Shown here: in pieces, positions 20,921-24,337 of the stretch
Layout: every line of letters starts with the position of its first letter
Numbering within the stretch: the first letter of the stretch is position 1
DNA from: Cyanophora paradoxa CCMP329
Taxonomy: Eukaryota; Plantae; Glaucophyta
Assembly (NCBI GenBank): GCA_004431415.1
Contig: QPMI01000147.1
Span: 1 to 24,337 of the forward strand
Direction of reading: 5' to 3'
DNA length: 24,337 nucleotides
Made by a program: the position numbers and the translations under genes
Notes under the pieces: model-generated
Database searches by the model: none
Seen by the model: only the letters and a program-made list of their open reading frames with translations
Told to the model about the DNA's origin: nothing

Positions 20921-23512
20921 CTAGCTGTAGGTGCCCGAGCGCGGCCAGCCGCCGCCGTGGAAGGACTGGGCCCGGGGCGGGAGCGCCCCCGCCCCCCGCG
21001 GCGCCGGGCCCGAGACCAGAATGAGGGACGAGAAATCGGTGGAGGGGGGTACGGGGTCGCCGGGGACGGAGGGGTACCGCTTGCCGCTGGAGGGACGGGG
21101 GGGGGGCGGCGCTGGGGGTTGGGCACGGCAGCAGAGGCGGCAGATCCTGAGTAGGGTACCACTAACGCGCGGGCCGCTGCGTTCGCCTGCACCGAAAGGT
21201 CAGCCGAGAGGGGGTACGTGAATTTCGCGACGGCGGCACTCGCTCACCTGTGCTCGAAGCGTCGCGTGTTCCCGCTTCTCCAGGTCGACCCACGTGGGCG
21301 CCGCCGGCTGCTGCGCGGCGCCGCCCGTCGCAGCCGCCGCCAGGGGTACGGTGCCGGACCGGGGGCGAAGTCGGAGGTGAGGGGCCCCTGGCCACCTGGC
21401 CGGGCGCCCCCAGTACCTAGCTTCTTCCCCCCGGAGGAGGGGTAGTCCCGCTTGGCCCCCGGGCCCCGGGGCGGCGAGGCTCGCGCGGCGCACCATGCCG
21501 CCACCGCAGCCGCCGGGCCTGCGCCGGCGCGCATCCGCTGCAGCGACGCCGCCGCGGCGCTGCCGGTGCCCGCCGGTAGGTCCGAGGGGGGTACGGCTGC
21601 GACGGAGGGCCCGCGTAGTGGTACATGGCCGAGGCGGCGGAGGCCGCGCCGGCACCGGGCCAGAGGCTGTACCCCTTTCAAGGCTTTGCTGGGCGGGGCG
21701 CGCGGCGGGGGGCGGGGCGGAGGAGGAGGAAGACGCGGCGGGGGCGGGGGCAGGGGCGGGGAGGGGCGAGAGGGCCGGGGCGGGGCGGGGCGGGCGCGGG
21801 GCCTTGATGGATTCCGCGGCAGCGGCGAGGGCGGCCGCGGTGGCGAGGGGTTGGCGGGAGGGGTAGAGGAATGTGAGGGCGGGGAGAGAAGAGACGGCCC
21901 GGAGTGCCCAGGGCCGCCACGGAGGCCCCCGCCGCCACCGCCGCGTTTGCCTGCGGGGGAGGGGGGTACGTGAGAACGGAAGGGAGGATAACGGTGTACC
22001 CCCGGACCTGCTGGACGGCGGCGTGGTGCGCGGCGGCGGACAGGAGCTGCGACTGGAGCTGCTGGTTCTGCAGCAGTAGCTGCGAAAAAGGGGGAATGAG
22101 CTCGAGCCGTGTGGGGGTACGGCGCGCTCCGGAGGGGGTACGGGTACTGCAGCTGTACCTGGAGGTACTGCTCGAAGGAGAGGGAGGTGGCGAACGCCCC
22201 AGAGCCGGAACCTGCGCCGGGCTCCTCCCGGGCCCCCGGGTACGCCGGCGCGGCGGGGGGCGGCGGAGGCTCGGCGGAGAGCGCGTAGAACTGCAGCATT
22301 TGGCTGGCGGCTTTGGCCACCTCAGGAGTAGGAGTCTGTACTGCGGTGTTCCTGAATATACGAGGGATCACGGGAAAAAAAAGCTGGCGGCTTGTAGGAC
22401 CTGTCGTAGATCCGCGCGCCGAAGGGTCAGCCGGCAGCCAAGGCGAAGCCAAAGCTCTTCTTAGCGGCTTCTCAGCACGCGTCGAGTGAGATTAGCTTCT
22501 TCTTCTTCTTCGAGCGGCCCGTTCTTCTTATAAGATTAGCATTCGTCAGCTCGATCGCGAACCGTTCTTTAATTAGCTTATCAGCTTTTTATGCGCCACC
22601 TTGCAATTGGGCTTCCTATAATCTTCTTCGAATTCTTCGCACCTGCTTCAGGTACGTCTGCTCGCGGAGCTGGGCGCGCTTCACCAGGTTCTGGGGCGGG
22701 CCCGCGCCTTTGTCTTCGGCTTGGGCGCCCCCGCCCCGCCGCCGCCCCTGCGGCTGCGCGGGTGGGTCGGATCGGATAGGTGATAAGAAGAAGGCGAGTG
22801 ATCGAGCCCGATTGCTCCTATGTTGCATCTTTGTTCGAACGGGAAGGGGCGTGTGTACGATTATTAGGCGATCCCGATTATTACTATGTTGTATCTTTAT
22901 TGGATGTTTGTGCTTTGGAACGATCTATCGGCTGTCTCGCGCGCACGTCTCTATCTTCAACGCGCAAGGGCGCGACCGAACGACCGAGCACGATTGCTAC
23001 TATGTTGTATCTTATTCGAACGGAAGGGGCGTAGGGGTACGTGCGTACCTGGGCGTACGGGCTGTCCTTCCGAGCGTGCTCCGCACCGGCCCGCCGCCGC
23101 CGGCGCCGGCGCCCCACGCCGGCTTGCTGCAGCTGCCCGCCCGTCCCGGCGGCTGGAGCGGCCCCGCCCCGCCCGCCGACCCCGATCCGTCCGCCGCATC
23201 TTTCGCCTCTGCTCCGCCAGCCTCCGCTCTCCAGGCTCGCCTGGGTACCAGTTGAACAAGCTCCGAAAATGTCCCTGGGCGGATATCGATTGCGCAGGAG
23301 GTTGCAATTGGAGCTGGCTCCAGGAGCTTCTCGTACGCTCGCGGCGCCCGGGCGGGGTACACGCGCGCCCGGATTCCCGTACCCGGGAGGGTAAGACGAG
23401 GATGTCTGGATCAGCCAACAGGCGCTTCCGGGCATAAGCGACCTCCGGAGACTCTCCGGAGAACCTCCTGGCATAAGCGACCTCCAGGCATAAGCTGGCT
23501 GCGGCCGTCCAT
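20921..23512 (-). CDS. Second copy of the hypothetical Pro/Ala/Gln-rich gene
   Basis: Duplicate of 6887-9453. Confidence 0.48.
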
Positions 23513-23611
23513 GGCGCCGCCGGCGCCGCTGTCGCTCAGCGTGACAGCGCGACTCAGTGAGGTGGCGGCTGGCGCGCCGATCGCGAGCGGCGGCGCGAAA
23601 TGGGCGTCAAC

Positions 23612-23942
23612 CTGCAGCGTGCAGCTGCAAGTACTACTGTAGGATTGCTTTTTTAGCGATGTTTTAAATTGCCGTATATTGCGAGAGGCGGAATTCGGCA
23701 ATTTTAAACCACGGCAATTCTCAGGGGTAGAGCTAAACGACCGATTTTGTATGGCGCCATAGAAGAAATCCAGAGTTTCGGCAATTTATCGTCACGGCAA
23801 TTCTGTTTTTGTCGAATTCGGCAATTTAACTACGCGGCAATTTAAGCATTCCTACAGTAGCAGGCTAGTACTTGCAGCGTGCAGCTGCAAGTACTAGCAG
23901 GCTAGTACTTGCAGCGTGCAGCTGCAAGTACTAGCCTGCTAC
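23612..23942. repeat. Second copy of the 37-bp palindromic array
   Basis: Duplicate of 9555-9883. Confidence 0.88.
23637..23857. mobile_element. Second copy of the TA-TSD MITE
   Basis: TA|CTGTAGGATTGCTT...AAGCATTCCTACAG|TA. Confidence 0.82.
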
Positions 23943-24123
23943 CGCGGCCCGCGGTACCGGCCGGTGGTTCCAATTGCAACAGGCTACTAGTAGTAATCTA
24001 GTACTACGGTAGTACCCGGCGCGGTACTCTCGAATCTCGATCAGACACTGAGACTCTGATGAGACTCGGAGAGTCTCAGTCTGTGACTACCGTGTAACAC
24101 ATAAATACTGGACTCACTTAATT

Positions 24124-24291
24124 AACAGAGTCCTAAATTAACAGACCGAAAATTTGACACAGTCTGTTAATTTGGGACTCTGCTAATTCCCTCTTGTTCA
24201 GACGTCCCATACAAATTGATACAATCTAACCCCCAAGATTACCGCCCCATACAAGCCCAAATGTTTCAGTCTGTTAATTTGGGACTCTGTT
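24124..24291. mobile_element. Second copy of the MITE-like foldback element
   Basis: Duplicate of 10061-10223. Confidence 0.58.
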
Positions 24292-24337
24292 CGAAGCACT
24301 TCGTCGCTTCGAACCGGCGCGCATCGCCCGCAAGGGG

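Larger units (their letters stand above)
17333..24337 (+). repeat. Long direct repeat, copy 2 (runs off the window end)
   Basis: Colinear with 3334-10269; differences are almost all 1-bp indels. Confidence 0.97.

Noticed and set aside
3334-24337. LTR retrotransposon with two giant LTRs around a 7 kb core
   Set aside because: The repeat starts mid-exon of a host gene, contains intron-rich genes and lacks a TG start. The intervening DNA encodes a surface protein with no gag/pol motifs.
1-24337. Most ORFs in the six-frame track (e.g. 21244-22452, 7158-7865, 12525-13286, 1581-2126)
   Set aside because: They are Arg/Pro/Ala/Gly-rich shadows of high-GC DNA. They ignore introns, and those in the repeat are not conserved in frame between the two near-identical copies.

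Overview
GC-rich, intron-rich eukaryotic nuclear DNA (protist/alga-like). It is not prokaryotic: short AT-richer GT-AG introns are frequent, with donors such as gtgcgc/gtacgt/gtaagt and acceptors mostly gcag. Frequent single-base indels look like long-read error, so most of the ORF track is noise and genes had to be assembled by hand across introns. From left to right: (1) a two-repeat Myb/SANT gene (<35-4095, +) whose first visible intron holds a 2.48 kb insertion (226-2703) with a perfect 15-bp target-site duplication, an A-rich tail, structured ends, one decayed ORF and no recognisable reverse transcriptase; (2) a gene with a SIM-like motif and a C-terminal SAM domain (~4289-6608, +); (3) an orphan Pro/Ala/Gln-rich gene (~6887-9453, -); (4) a 0.7 kb nest of palindromes and two MITE-like elements (9555-10223); (5) a large type-I membrane protein gene (signal peptide, beta-propeller-like region, SP linker, Cys-rich region, IPT/TIG, TM, tail; 11055-16889, +). 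From 17333 to the window end the sequence repeats 3334-10269, starting inside a Myb exon, consistent with a ~14.0 kb head-to-tail duplication or an artefact of that form. Short X-X'-X foldback motifs occur throughout. All domain calls are by eye and need HMM confirmation.
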